Assembly (NCBI GenBank): GCA_964619725.1
Contig: CAZUFC010000056.1
Coordinates: 1 to 51,918, forward strand
DNA: 51,918 nt
Reading direction: 5' to 3'
Source of the DNA: an uncultured bacterium
GTDB lineage: Bacteria > CSSED10-310 > CAZUFC01
The notes beneath the pieces were generated by a model. That model searched no databases. It saw only the letters and a program-made list of their open reading frames with translations, and was not told the origin of the DNA. Both the position numbers and the translations under genes were made by a program. How positions within the stretch are numbered: the stretch's first letter is position 1; each line of letters opens with the position of its first letter. Below, in pieces: positions 42,882 to 51,918 of the stretch.

Positions 42882-43371
42882 CTGAAATCCTCCTTTCTTC
42901 TACTGATGTTAAAGAATAAAGAATCCAGAATCAAATTTACGGCACGTAATTATTAGCAGCTCTTTTCAATTTGTTAACCGCAAGCAGCAATTTTCATCAA
43001 TCGGGACCGATATCGGCATCGCAATCGTAATAAAATCTTGGGACTGATCAAACACCGGTTAAATTTAACACCAAAAAATCGACGTAAAATATTCCTCCTT
43101 AATAAAGGGGGACCGATACGCTTATGCTGAGACAAGCCGCAGTCGAAGTCTCAGCATTAGCGGATCGGGGGGTTGTTTTTCCTATGCGTCAGAGCCCAAC
43201 CCTCAATTTTCTTAACGCCATTACAAATATTCGAATATTCTGTAGAAGCGCAACCTCAAAAGAAGCATTTTCGATCAAAAACCTTTTTTCAAAATCACTT
43301 TGTGTCTTTGCGCTCCGATCCGTTATAATGACATGGTTTATCCATGAACCTGAAAAGGAGAGATATCCGTC

Positions 43372-45798
43372 ATGAAAAACAAATTGTTCTTATTCATCAA
43401 TCTTTTCGTCTGTTGTTTTCTCGTAAACCCGGCAGGATCGATTGCAGAGTCTGAATCACCTCATTCGGAACCTGCATACTGCAGATTGCCCTTTATTGAG
43501 CTTCAGGACGGGGAAGAAAATTTTTTCGTGCTCGCCAGTCGCTTCGATTATAAAATTGAAACGAGCGGCGGCTTTGAGGATTGGCTCCGCATCCAAAAAG
43601 ACAGCGGTCAGGCAGGACCTCATGAAGCGCTTAAAGTGTGGTGTGAGGCGGAATGGTTATCTCCGGGGACTCACTACGGAACTATAACGATAAAAATTCA
43701 AAATCCTGAAACCGCTGAATTTGAGGGCATCATTGTTCTTCCGGCCGGTTTGCGGAGCGGTGAGAGTTCGGCTGATCAGTTTGAATCCGGTGATAACGCT
43801 TTGAAGAGGAATTCTCCTGAAGTTTTTCATTTTTTCTCGGAAGGAGAAGGCTTTTTCACAGTACAAACCATGAGGACGCCGGGCGGTCATTATATAATTG
43901 AGGTGACAGAGTTAAAAGAGAAGAAGGACATCCGGCCTCAGGAGCGAAAGTCGACGAAAGACATATATGAGATTGTGTTTCCGTGGCTTTGTCTGGAGTA
44001 TTGCGATTTGAGCCGAAACCAGGAAGTTGAGCGTCAGGAAGTTGTTCAGCATCTGGACGCTGTGAATACGGTGGCTTATGAACGTTATACGATGTCATAC
44101 GGGAGTTGGGGATTGCTGTCGGTGACGAATCCGACATCGTGGATACAGTCGAATGGGTTGGGTTCCTGGCCCATGGTCGTCGGCAATTCCGGTACGAGTT
44201 CCGTAACGGCAATGTATAACAACCGCTCCACCATCGCTTCAAGCATGATCAGCGCAGCGCTCAGCGCCGGATATACAGGCTATTGCATCGATGTGGAGGG
44301 TACGGCAGATTCGGGCACGCGCGATATGTTCATTGCGTTGGTGGATTACCTGGCTGACGAGTTACATGGATCGGGAATCAAGCTGATGGTATGTCATGCA
44401 ACCTGGTCGACGATTGCGCCTATAGACCATCTGGCGGGCACTTCCATAGATTACGTTGCGACGATGGACCCCTATACGAACAGCGTCTACTGGTATCAGC
44501 AGTACATTCCGACAAATTATGCTGCGATCGCTCATGACAGGCTCATCTGGGGGTTTTGCTGGGAGTTTCACGATTATTCGTCACAGCATCAGCAGTGGAG
44601 CTGGATGGAATCCAACGGCTACAACAGCGGAGTGGCCGGAGCAGCCGTCTGGCGCACGCCCTGTTATGATACGAACGGCATAAATTATTACGAAAGTTTC
44701 AAAATTTATTATCCCATTTCAGCGAATCCTACGCCTACAGCCACTCCGGGTACCGGAGACATCATCATCGACAATCGCGATTCCGGGTGGTATGAAGAAG
44801 GAAATCCGGATTATTGGTGGTACCGGACCGACCTGGGATGGGACGGCGACATGCAATGGACCTACAGCAACGGCAGCGCTGAGTCCAATTGGGCTAAATG
44901 GACGCCGAATCTGGCCGTTTCCGGGACCTATCAGATTTCCGTTTATATTCCCAACAACTACGCCACATCCAATGCGCCTTACAAGATTTATCGCAGAGGT
45001 TCGCTTCTGGGAACCGTTAACGTAAACCAGGCTGCTTATTTCAATCAATGGGTCAGCCTGGGTAATTTTTACTTATATTCGGGTTCCGGCAATTACGTCA
45101 GGCTTTCCGACGCCACTGGAGAACCTGTCGGAGATTATTGGATAGGATTCGATGCCGTAAAATTTCACCTTGTCGCAGCTCAAACGCCCACGAAAACTCC
45201 CACCCGAACGCCCACTGATCCGCCCGCAAACACTTCCACGCCGACTCCCACATACACCGCATCCTGTTCTCCCGACCCGCCTGATTCGCACGACGGAGCC
45301 TTCCTGCTGCTCGATTATCCCGACCATTACGCCCAGGTTTACGATTACCTCTGCGACAACCAGGATGCAGACCAATGGAAAATCTACGCCGAAGGCGGCG
45401 GAACCGTTCATGCCCTGGTTCAATCCCCTCCGGAAAGGCAATACGGCGTCGAATTATACCGTCCCGACGGCGCCTGGTTGTCCGTAAGCGGCGACGGCGA
45501 TCTCAGTTATTCCATACCATCAGGATACCCCACAGGATATTATCGCCTGCGTATTTACACCCACATCGGAGGTCCCGGCTCACCGACCGACCCATACCTG
45601 CTGACCGTCGATACGACCAGTCCGCCGCCGACTTCCACCCCGACTTCCGCGCCCACGAATCCCTCAACACCCACCTCCACAGCAACCGTTGATCCTTCAC
45701 AACCCATTCCCGCAACAACACCCTTGAGCCTGATTATTCTTGCTTCCCTGATTACAACTCTTCTGCATCTGACGAAGTCAAAGCGCAACAGGCCATGA
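43372..45798 (+). CDS. Secreted protein: BACON-like domain, GH18-like TIM barrel, golvesin/CBM-like and PPC-like domains, C-terminal anchor
   Basis: Signal peptide; WL…GTHYGTITI; GYTGYCIDVEG, DYVATMDPY, GAAVW; module shared with 40543-42363; IPATT tail. Confidence 0.72.
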   Translation: MKNKLFLFINLFVCCFLVNPAGSIAESESPHSEPAYCRLPFIELQDGEENFFVLASRFDYKIETSGGFEDWLRIQKDSGQAGPHEALKVWCEAEWLSPGTHYGTITIKIQNPETAEFEGIIVLPAGLRSGESSADQFESGDNALKRNSPEVFHFFSEGEGFFTVQTMRTPGGHYIIEVTELKEKKDIRPQERKSTKDIYEIVFPWLCLEYCDLSRNQEVERQEVVQHLDAVNTVAYERYTMSYGSWGLLSVTNPTSWIQSNGLGSWPMVVGNSGTSSVTAMYNNRSTIASSMISAALSAGYTGYCIDVEGTADSGTRDMFIALVDYLADELHGSGIKLMVCHATWSTIAPIDHLAGTSIDYVATMDPYTNSVYWYQQYIPTNYAAIAHDRLIWGFCWEFHDYSSQHQQWSWMESNGYNSGVAGAAVWRTPCYDTNGINYYESFKIYYPISANPTPTATPGTGDIIIDNRDSGWYEEGNPDYWWYRTDLGWDGDMQWTYSNGSAESNWAKWTPNLAVSGTYQISVYIPNNYATSNAPYKIYRRGSLLGTVNVNQAAYFNQWVSLGNFYLYSGSGNYVRLSDATGEPVGDYWIGFDAVKFHLVAAQTPTKTPTRTPTDPPANTSTPTPTYTASCSPDPPDSHDGAFLLLDYPDHYAQVYDYLCDNQDADQWKIYAEGGGTVHALVQSPPERQYGVELYRPDGAWLSVSGDGDLSYSIPSGYPTGYYRLRIYTHIGGPGSPTDPYLLTVDTTSPPPTSTPTSAPTNPSTPTSTATVDPSQPIPATTPLSLIILASLITTLLHLTKSKRNRP

Positions 45799-45873
45799 AA
45801 AGTCAAGAACGCACAATTTTTCGCTGTTCGAGAACGACGAATTCGGAGGTTACAATTCTACAGAATATCCCAT

Positions 45874-45938
45874 TATTTTGTTTCGATTTCGATTTGGATT
45901 TCGATTACGGTCCCGATACCGATCCTGATTACTGAAAC
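45874..45938. repeat. 65-bp ATCGNN-hexamer repeat element (inverted copy of 50698-50761)
   Basis: Manual alignment gives 57/65 identity with the reverse complement of 50698-50761. Confidence 0.8.
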
Positions 45939-46122
45939 AAACTGTCGAAAGTCTTGAAAGAAGTGTAACCCCGGTTTGATCAGGCCCTGAAAAGTAAGGG
46001 GAGCGACAAATGTCACTATTGTAAGAGCGCAGTAAAAAACAACTCCCAGTGACGTGGCGCCGGGCCATTCGTTTAATTACAGCATTGGCCGCGAAAAATT
46101 ACCCGAATTTGACGCAATCATA

Positions 46123-46587
46123 CTACAAAGTCATCAACTTCATTCCGGGATTCAGCATAACCTCAGCTATCTCAGAAGGTTTCGCCGCCGTCACTCCCTC
46201 AATAAGATGCTCCTTCGTCTTCTGTTTATTCGGCAGGTACAGCGCGCAAACCTGGACTTTAACCCCTTTTTCAATAAGCATCTTTAATAATTCCTGCGGC
46301 GATTTGTCGAGCGGTTTCATTTTTTCCTGCTCTGCTTCTTTCAGAGCCAGGTCTCCGGCAGGACCGCACAGCATAATCCTTGCTTTTTTGCCATTATCAA
46401 CAGTCTGCTTTGCCAGAACCATCGTCATCATCTGGGTCTGCAGGTCATCCGAAGTTAAAATGACAAATATCCCCTCAACGCCGCCTGCCCGGACTTCTGT
46501 CTTTTGCTGAGCGTTAAGGTCCAAAGTCAGTAAACTCACTACTGCAGCTATCACAGGAACAAGAATTATTCTGTTCGCCGGTTTCAT
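46123..46587 (-). CDS. Exported DsrE/DsrF-like protein
   Basis: Signal peptide from the ATG at 46587 (GAAAGGAG RBS); MLCGPAGDLAL and VQVCALYLPN. Confidence 0.75.
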   Translation of the reverse strand: MKPANRIILVPVIAAVVSLLTLDLNAQQKTEVRAGGVEGIFVILTSDDLQTQMMTMVLAKQTVDNGKKARIMLCGPAGDLALKEAEQEKMKPLDKSPQELLKMLIEKGVKVQVCALYLPNKQKTKEHLIEGVTAAKPSEIAEVMLNPGMKLMTL

Positions 46588-46651
46588 AAAAGCTCCTTTC
46601 TTATTGATAAACGGCTGAATTTTCATCATCGCATCAGCATGTGTCCGCCGG

Positions 46652-49600
46652 TTATTCCGTTCTCCTGACGGCCAGGACGGTGACGTCATCATGATTGGGA
46701 ACGCCGTTCGCCCAGTTTTCGCCTAAATCGACCAGCGCTTCCACTATATTTTCGACCGGTTGTTTGCCGTATTCTCCGATACAATCTCGGACGGCGTTAT
46801 AACCCAGATAATCGTCATCTCCGTTTCTTCTTTCAGGCAGTCCATCCGATATGAGGATAATGGTATCATTGATGTCGAAGTTGCTTATTTTCAGGGGAAA
46901 TTCTGCGTAATCGAAGCTGCCCAGGGGCAGAGCTGAAAGAAGATTCTCCTCCACATCGCCCGTCTGTGAACGGAAAATGAATAAGGGCGGCATGCCTGCA
47001 GAGCTGAATTTGACCATATTTCTCTGAATATGCAGGATATTCAGCGCCATTTTCATATTTCCGGGATTCGTGCGTTTTAGTCCGTAATTCAAACGTTTCA
47101 GTATCTGATCGGGCGACAGGACGTCCACAGCATGGAGGCTGGCTTTGGTCATCGAGACCATCATGCCGGCTGAAAGTCCATGTCCCGTAGCATCGCCCGT
47201 AACCAGGAATAAAGAGCCATCAGGCTGCGGAAACAGGTCGTAATAATCTCCCCCCACTTCTGTAGCCGTCTTCATAAACATTGCTATGTCCAGATTAGGC
47301 AAATGGATAGGCCCTTCCGGCAGCATGGAAAGCTGAAGCGTTCTCGCTCTTTCCAGTTCCTCCGTCTTGCGCCGGTTATCGGCCTCCACAGCCTCAGCCC
47401 TGGCTGCAGAAGCCTTTGCCTGAGACGTGGCGGCCTGCTCTTTTAATTCCGCCTCCCTCACACGGGCTTTCTGTCTTTCCCTGTTGACCCGAAATCTTAT
47501 GATCAGAAAAATAATTAAAAGACCTATCAGAATGTAAACAAAATAAGCGGCCGGCGTTTTCCACGGAGGCAACGCCAGGCTGATAGATACTGATACTCCC
47601 TTTTCATTCCATACGCCGTCGCTGTTAGCGCCCTTCACCTGGAAGACATAATCGCCGCCTTTCAGGTTCGTATAACTGGCGTAACGTCTTCTTCGGGAAT
47701 AAATCCAGTCATTATCGGCTCCTATGAGCCTGTAAGCGTAAAAATTTTTTCGGGGATTGGTAAAATCCAGGGCCGCAAACTCAAACGAAAGCGAGTTCTG
47801 ATCGTAATCCAGGTCAAGGTGCGTTTCCTGAGTTATTTGTGTTTTCAGAACTTCATCGATCGTGCTGATGCTGTTGATTACAATAGGCGGCGGATACGGA
47901 TTATGTTTGATGTTCTCAGGCTCGAACATATTGAATCCGTTTTTCCCTCCGAAAAGAAGATATCCCCCATCTGTTTTCAGCCGTGAACACGCGTTGAACT
48001 CGTTTCCCTGCAACCCGTCGTTAACATCGTAATTGATAAAAGTCCTTTTGATCGGATCAAACCTGGTTATGCCCTTGTTGGAACTCAGCCACAGGTTGCC
48101 GTCGTCGTCGGATAATATCGCCCTGATCACATTACCGGCCAAACCGTTTCTTTCCGTATACCGGGTGAATGTCTCTGAACGCTCATTGAACCTGTTAAGA
48201 CCGCCTCCGTCCGTGCCGATCCACAAAATGTCATTTGCATCCCTGTAAATGGATGTAATTCTGTTATGACTCAGGCTTTCAGGGTCTTCGGGATCGTATT
48301 TGTAATGTATGAATTCGTTCCTGTCTATCAGCAATTTGTTTAATCCGCCGCCTTTTGTCCCCACCCAGAGTATTCCCGGCCGGTCCGAATAAAGCGCTGT
48401 AATATTATAATGACTCAAGCCTTTCGGATTCTCCGGATCATATCTGTACTGACGAAATCCCTTCTCCTCGCTTATGAACTTGTTCAGTCCGTTGGTCGTT
48501 CCGGCCCACATCTCGCCCCGCTCGTCGAAAATCAACGACTGGATAACCGGAGAAGTCAGCCTGTGTTCCTCGTCCGGGGTTCCCGTAAAATCCTTGAAAT
48601 GAAACTGCTCCGATTCCGGATCGAACATTATCAGTCCGGGTCCGATAGCGGCCAGCCATAACAACCCGTCCCTATCCTGAGCGATACTCATGATGTAATC
48701 AGTGCCTTCGTAATGCTTGAACTTTCCCGTTTCCATGTCGAATCGATGCAATCCGCCGCCGGCGCCTATCCAGATATTCCCCAGGTCGTCCTGATAGAAA
48801 TGATTGATTTCGTTTGAATGCAATCCATCGGGGTCGGAGGGTTCAGAATAAAAATGCTGAAATTCCGCATAAGTTTTGTTGTGTCTGCTTATGCCGCCCC
48901 GCTGAGTCCCCACCCACAAAGCGCCGGCACGATCTACATATAATGAGAAAATGCTGTTGTCGCTGAGTGAATGCGGGTCGGCCGGATCATAATAGTAATT
49001 GTAAAACTTGCCGGCTTCCGGATCATACCGGGTTAATCCCCCGTCCTGTATGGTTATGGCTGAACCGATCCATATGTCGCCGTCCTGATCCTCGCATACT
49101 GAGGTTACCGCAACTCCTGAAATTGAATTTTCATTCCGTACATATTCCTCTTCAATCAACCCGGAATAATATTCCGCGTCCTTACCGGGCAGCGCAATAA
49201 CCTGCACTCCGTAATATTCCGCATGATCGGGCGCCCTGGTGTTCCAGGAGCCGTAGCTGTGAGACCCGTCGGTTTTGAAATGCAGTTCGTAGTTTCCGGG
49301 TTCAAAAGTGATCACGGCCATTTGTATCCGGTTTTTCACATGGCCGCCGGCCCATTGACTTTCATTCAAATCCATTCCCCATATGACTTCACGGCTCTCT
49401 ACCGATTCGATCCAGGCATAATCAAACAACATCCCTGCGAAAGCTTCCCCTAATGTAAATACAAGCGCCTGTCGCTTTTCCTCTATTCGAAATACCTCAA
49501 TATAATGACCGTCATTCTCCGCTTTCATTATCTCGGCTAAAACCCGATCCGCTTGCCGTCCATCTTCTATGGCTTCAAAGAGCGCCTGGTCATACTGAGG

Positions 49601-50458
49601 ATAATTCCTGTAATAATGCTCGATTTCCGTTTTGTCCGGATTCAGCTTGTATACGCCGTCTCCGCCGGTCGCTATCCATAAATTGGACCGGCTGTCCTCA
49701 AAAATGTCATTCAACGGTCCGTAACTGAAAAATTCCTCCGGACTCGCCCCGCTTCTACAAAATTCAAATACGCCCTTCTCCCTGTCGAATCGCTGCAGTC
49801 CGCCCCTGAATAACACATGATTACCCGTTCCTATCCATAACGTGCCCTGCTTATCCTCGTAGATCGCTCCGACAGCGGGAAAACCCAACCCATCCTCATT
49901 ATCTGGAATATAGCTGTACCTTAAAAACCGCCCCCTATAGCGATCCGTCATTTTATTTAAACCCCTAGCCGTTCCGATCCATAAATCTCCAAATCGATCC
50001 TCGCAAATCGATAAAATCAAATCGCTGTTTATACTCGAAGGCTCTTCAGGATCATGCCGGTAATGCCTGAATTTCTCCGTAAATCGATCGAAACGGTTCA
50101 ATCCTCCATTGTCCGTTCCTATCCATAAAATGCCCTCCCTGTCTTCATATATCTCATGAATATAATTGTCGCTGATCGAATGCGGATCGTCGGGATCATA
50201 AGAGTATATCTTGAATTCATAACCGTCATACCTGTTCAAACCGTCAGCCGTACCGAACCACATGAACCCGTAACGGTCCTGAATGATACAGTCTACCGTA
50301 TTTTGCGATAATCCTTCCTCTACACCGATATGATTGAATTTGACGCTCGCAGTTGCAGCTTTCGAGTCCGCAGCGCAGAAAAATTTAATAACGAATAATA
50401 TAAAAAGAATTACGCAATGAAGAATCCTTTTGCTCTTGCCGCGCCCTTTTGATTTCAT
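46652..50458 (-). CDS. Membrane sensor: two-component regulator propeller repeats, Y_Y_Y domain, TM helix and SpoIIE/PP2C phosphatase
   Basis: GL-x-RYDG and D-x-x-G-x-LWIGT repeats; ASYTNL…YVFQVK…NSDGVWN; VGGDYYD, GDATGHG, SDG, DDVT; GGAGG RBS before the ATG at 50458. Confidence 0.93.
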   Translation of the reverse strand: MKSKGRGKSKRILHCVILFILFVIKFFCAADSKAATASVKFNHIGVEEGLSQNTVDCIIQDRYGFMWFGTADGLNRYDGYEFKIYSYDPDDPHSISDNYIHEIYEDREGILWIGTDNGGLNRFDRFTEKFRHYRHDPEEPSSINSDLILSICEDRFGDLWIGTARGLNKMTDRYRGRFLRYSYIPDNEDGLGFPAVGAIYEDKQGTLWIGTGNHVLFRGGLQRFDREKGVFEFCRSGASPEEFFSYGPLNDIFEDSRSNLWIATGGDGVYKLNPDKTEIEHYYRNYPQYDQALFEAIEDGRQADRVLAEIMKAENDGHYIEVFRIEEKRQALVFTLGEAFAGMLFDYAWIESVESREVIWGMDLNESQWAGGHVKNRIQMAVITFEPGNYELHFKTDGSHSYGSWNTRAPDHAEYYGVQVIALPGKDAEYYSGLIEEEYVRNENSISGVAVTSVCEDQDGDIWIGSAITIQDGGLTRYDPEAGKFYNYYYDPADPHSLSDNSIFSLYVDRAGALWVGTQRGGISRHNKTYAEFQHFYSEPSDPDGLHSNEINHFYQDDLGNIWIGAGGGLHRFDMETGKFKHYEGTDYIMSIAQDRDGLLWLAAIGPGLIMFDPESEQFHFKDFTGTPDEEHRLTSPVIQSLIFDERGEMWAGTTNGLNKFISEEKGFRQYRYDPENPKGLSHYNITALYSDRPGILWVGTKGGGLNKLLIDRNEFIHYKYDPEDPESLSHNRITSIYRDANDILWIGTDGGGLNRFNERSETFTRYTERNGLAGNVIRAILSDDDGNLWLSSNKGITRFDPIKRTFINYDVNDGLQGNEFNACSRLKTDGGYLLFGGKNGFNMFEPENIKHNPYPPPIVINSISTIDEVLKTQITQETHLDLDYDQNSLSFEFAALDFTNPRKNFYAYRLIGADNDWIYSRRRRYASYTNLKGGDYVFQVKGANSDGVWNEKGVSVSISLALPPWKTPAAYFVYILIGLLIIFLIIRFRVNRERQKARVREAELKEQAATSQAKASAARAEAVEADNRRKTEELERARTLQLSMLPEGPIHLPNLDIAMFMKTATEVGGDYYDLFPQPDGSLFLVTGDATGHGLSAGMMVSMTKASLHAVDVLSPDQILKRLNYGLKRTNPGNMKMALNILHIQRNMVKFSSAGMPPLFIFRSQTGDVEENLLSALPLGSFDYAEFPLKISNFDINDTIILISDGLPERRNGDDDYLGYNAVRDCIGEYGKQPVENIVEALVDLGENWANGVPNHDDVTVLAVRRTE

Positions 50459-50697
50459 TAACAACCTCCGTCAGTTTGACCCATATCGAACGAACCGCCT
50501 CCAGTAATTTATCACAACTGCAGCAGAAATGCTCTCCTTATCTCCAATAAAAATACCTCTTTTTTGCAGCCTGCTCAATTAAAGGTTAAATTTTATTCAA
50601 AAAATCAAAGCCCTGGAATCCCCCTAAACAAAGCTGCCCCTTACCCGCAATCATCTCTTTGACGGACTCACCGCTGCTTTTTCATCCAGGGCCGTTC

Positions 50698-50761
50698 GTT
50701 TCGGTAATCGGGTCGGTATCGGTATCGCAATCGAAATCCCAGTCGAAATCGAAACAAAATA
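50698..50761. repeat. 64-bp ATCGNN-hexamer repeat element
   Basis: GTTTCGGTAATCGGGTCGGTATCGGTATCGCAATCGAAATCCCAGTCGAAATCGAAACAAAATA. Confidence 0.8.
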
Positions 50762-50858
50762 CAACAAACGCAGAGATTGACTGAAACTGATCAGAATCTT
50801 CCGGAAAACGCCGAAAATAAAAAGCAACTGATAAAAATCAGAAACGATATCGCGAATA

Positions 50859-51287
50859 TTAACCCTTTAATATCTGTAAAAATCGCCTTGGAGTTACTAT
50901 CTTTATTGATTCGTATTCTTTTATGTCCAGAAGATGAGAATCTCCCGTCACGATATATTCAGCCAACCCTTCCGCCGCAGCGGCAATATATTTGTCATCA
51001 TCAGGATCAGCCTTTACCGCATTTATCTCCAACTTGCCGCTTACTCGAGTAGCCGTATTGTCCAAAGAGACTACCCACTGTTCAATCTCAGCGTCGCTTG
51101 CCGATATGTGACTCCTTACCCGGGGATACTTCAAAGAGCGTCTGATCTCCTCCAGTATGGGTTTTGAAACAAGCAAAATGAATGTTCGCTCTTCCAGAAA
51201 AGATTTTATTATTCTGCCTGAAGGTCCCCTGGGTTGAATGAGCGCGCTGACGAATATATTCGCGTTCAGAACAACCCGTAACATCAT
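50859..51287 (-). CDS. PIN-domain putative toxin (TIGR00305-like)
   Basis: RVVLNANIFVSA, DPDDDKY, IVTGD-x-HLL; overlaps the antitoxin stop. Confidence 0.88.
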   Translation of the reverse strand: MMLRVVLNANIFVSALIQPRGPSGRIIKSFLEERTFILLVSKPILEEIRRSLKYPRVRSHISASDAEIEQWVVSLDNTATRVSGKLEINAVKADPDDDKYIAAAAEGLAEYIVTGDSHLLDIKEYESIKIVTPRRFLQILKG

Positions 51288-51559
51288 CCCCCCTTTTCCT
51301 TCTTCCTGGTTTTATGTTTCGCCTCGTCTGCAAGTCGATCAGCCTCCTGGGAAGAAAGACGCCCCGGCTGTTTTTTTAATGCCTCAAGAAGGTGCATCCC
51401 GGCAGCTTCCTGCATCTGTTCCAATTTCGATACAGGAACCATTGCCGCCATCGGCTTCCCCTTTCTTTCGATAATGAACTGGTCATGCCGCAAGGCCACT
51501 CTATCAAGAATTTCACCCAACCTATGCCTTATTTCCTTGGTCGATATCTTTTTCGTCAT
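51284..51559 (-). CDS. Phd/YefM family antitoxin
   Basis: ISTKEIRHRLGEILDRV…IIERKGKPMAAMVP; GAGGAGG RBS. Confidence 0.9.
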   Translation of the reverse strand: MTKKISTKEIRHRLGEILDRVALRHDQFIIERKGKPMAAMVPVSKLEQMQEAAGMHLLEALKKQPGRLSSQEADRLADEAKHKTRKKEKGG

Positions 51560-51703
51560 TTATGCCTCCTCTGCAGCGGTGCATCTGCAACAACTATAAT
51601 ACTTGCACAGGTTGTAAATCGTCAAGCGCCGACGGAATCTCGCCCGCCCTACACCCGGAAAATGAGGAAATATGCTGAAAACTGCAACCTAGGTAACACC
51701 TTT

Positions 51704-51717
51704 TTGATATTGATCAA
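51704..51717. promoter_or_regulatory. FNR/Crp-family box
   Basis: TTGAT-ATTG-ATCAA, an exact FNR consensus match. Confidence 0.45.
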
Positions 51718-51816
51718 AAACAGGTCTTTCGCTTTTACAATTCTTGCGAGTTTTTCCTCATTTTTGTTTCGACTGCGATTTCGATCTGAAAACCAAAATC
51801 AAAGAACGAAGGGAAT

Positions 51817-51839
51817 GTAGAAGCGGCATCCTGCCGCTT
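51817..51839 (+). repeat. GTAG-type REP palindrome
   Basis: GTAG followed by AAGCGGCA-TCC-TGCCGCTT. Confidence 0.6.
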
Positions 51840-51918
51840 TCCGATCCGCTCTCTGCCGACCCTGACGCATAACGGCAAAACAAAGCAGAACAAAATAAAA
51901 ATAATATACCCAACCGCC

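Noticed and set aside
46588-46692. N-terminal extension of the DsrE-like ORF
   Set aside because: Overlaps the upstream gene; the RBS and signal peptide point to 46587.
45874-51790. CRISPR array from the hexamer repeats
   Set aside because: No regular repeat-spacer periodicity and no cas genes.
40231-51918. tRNA-anchored genomic island
   Set aside because: The accessory genes lie on the tRNA's 5' side; no integrase or duplicated tRNA 3' end was seen.

Overview
A chromosomal segment from a diderm bacterium (outer-membrane barrels, MsbA-like exporter), probably from a poorly characterised lineage. The core contains mreBCD-mrdA-rodA-msbA, a Nudix CoA pyrophosphatase, a beta-CASP ribonuclease, dnaX, a large Alu-type SRP RNA, two tRNA-Ser, tadA, ilvE and tRNA-Lys. 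Modular secreted proteins with Thr/Pro linkers are interspersed. Highlights: (1) two ORF-track entries (36188-36379 and 34178-36151) form one 733-aa exported selenoprotein with a U-G-G-C thioredoxin head and a SECIS-like hairpin, about 2 kb from a TlpA plus Cys-loop outer-membrane barrel pair, possibly an extracytoplasmic redox relay; (2) a divergent pair of surface-anchored hydrolases share a duplicated module but carry swapped CHAP and GH18-like heads; (3) a giant secreted-protein gene is truncated at its 5' end by a MITE-like element and broken by an in-frame TAA; (4) several small repeat families, including a 65-bp inverted repeat bracketing a dsrE-like and PP2C-sensor cassette. No CRISPR array, rRNA, transposase or integrase was seen. 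Domain assignments come from motif recognition by eye, not database searches.
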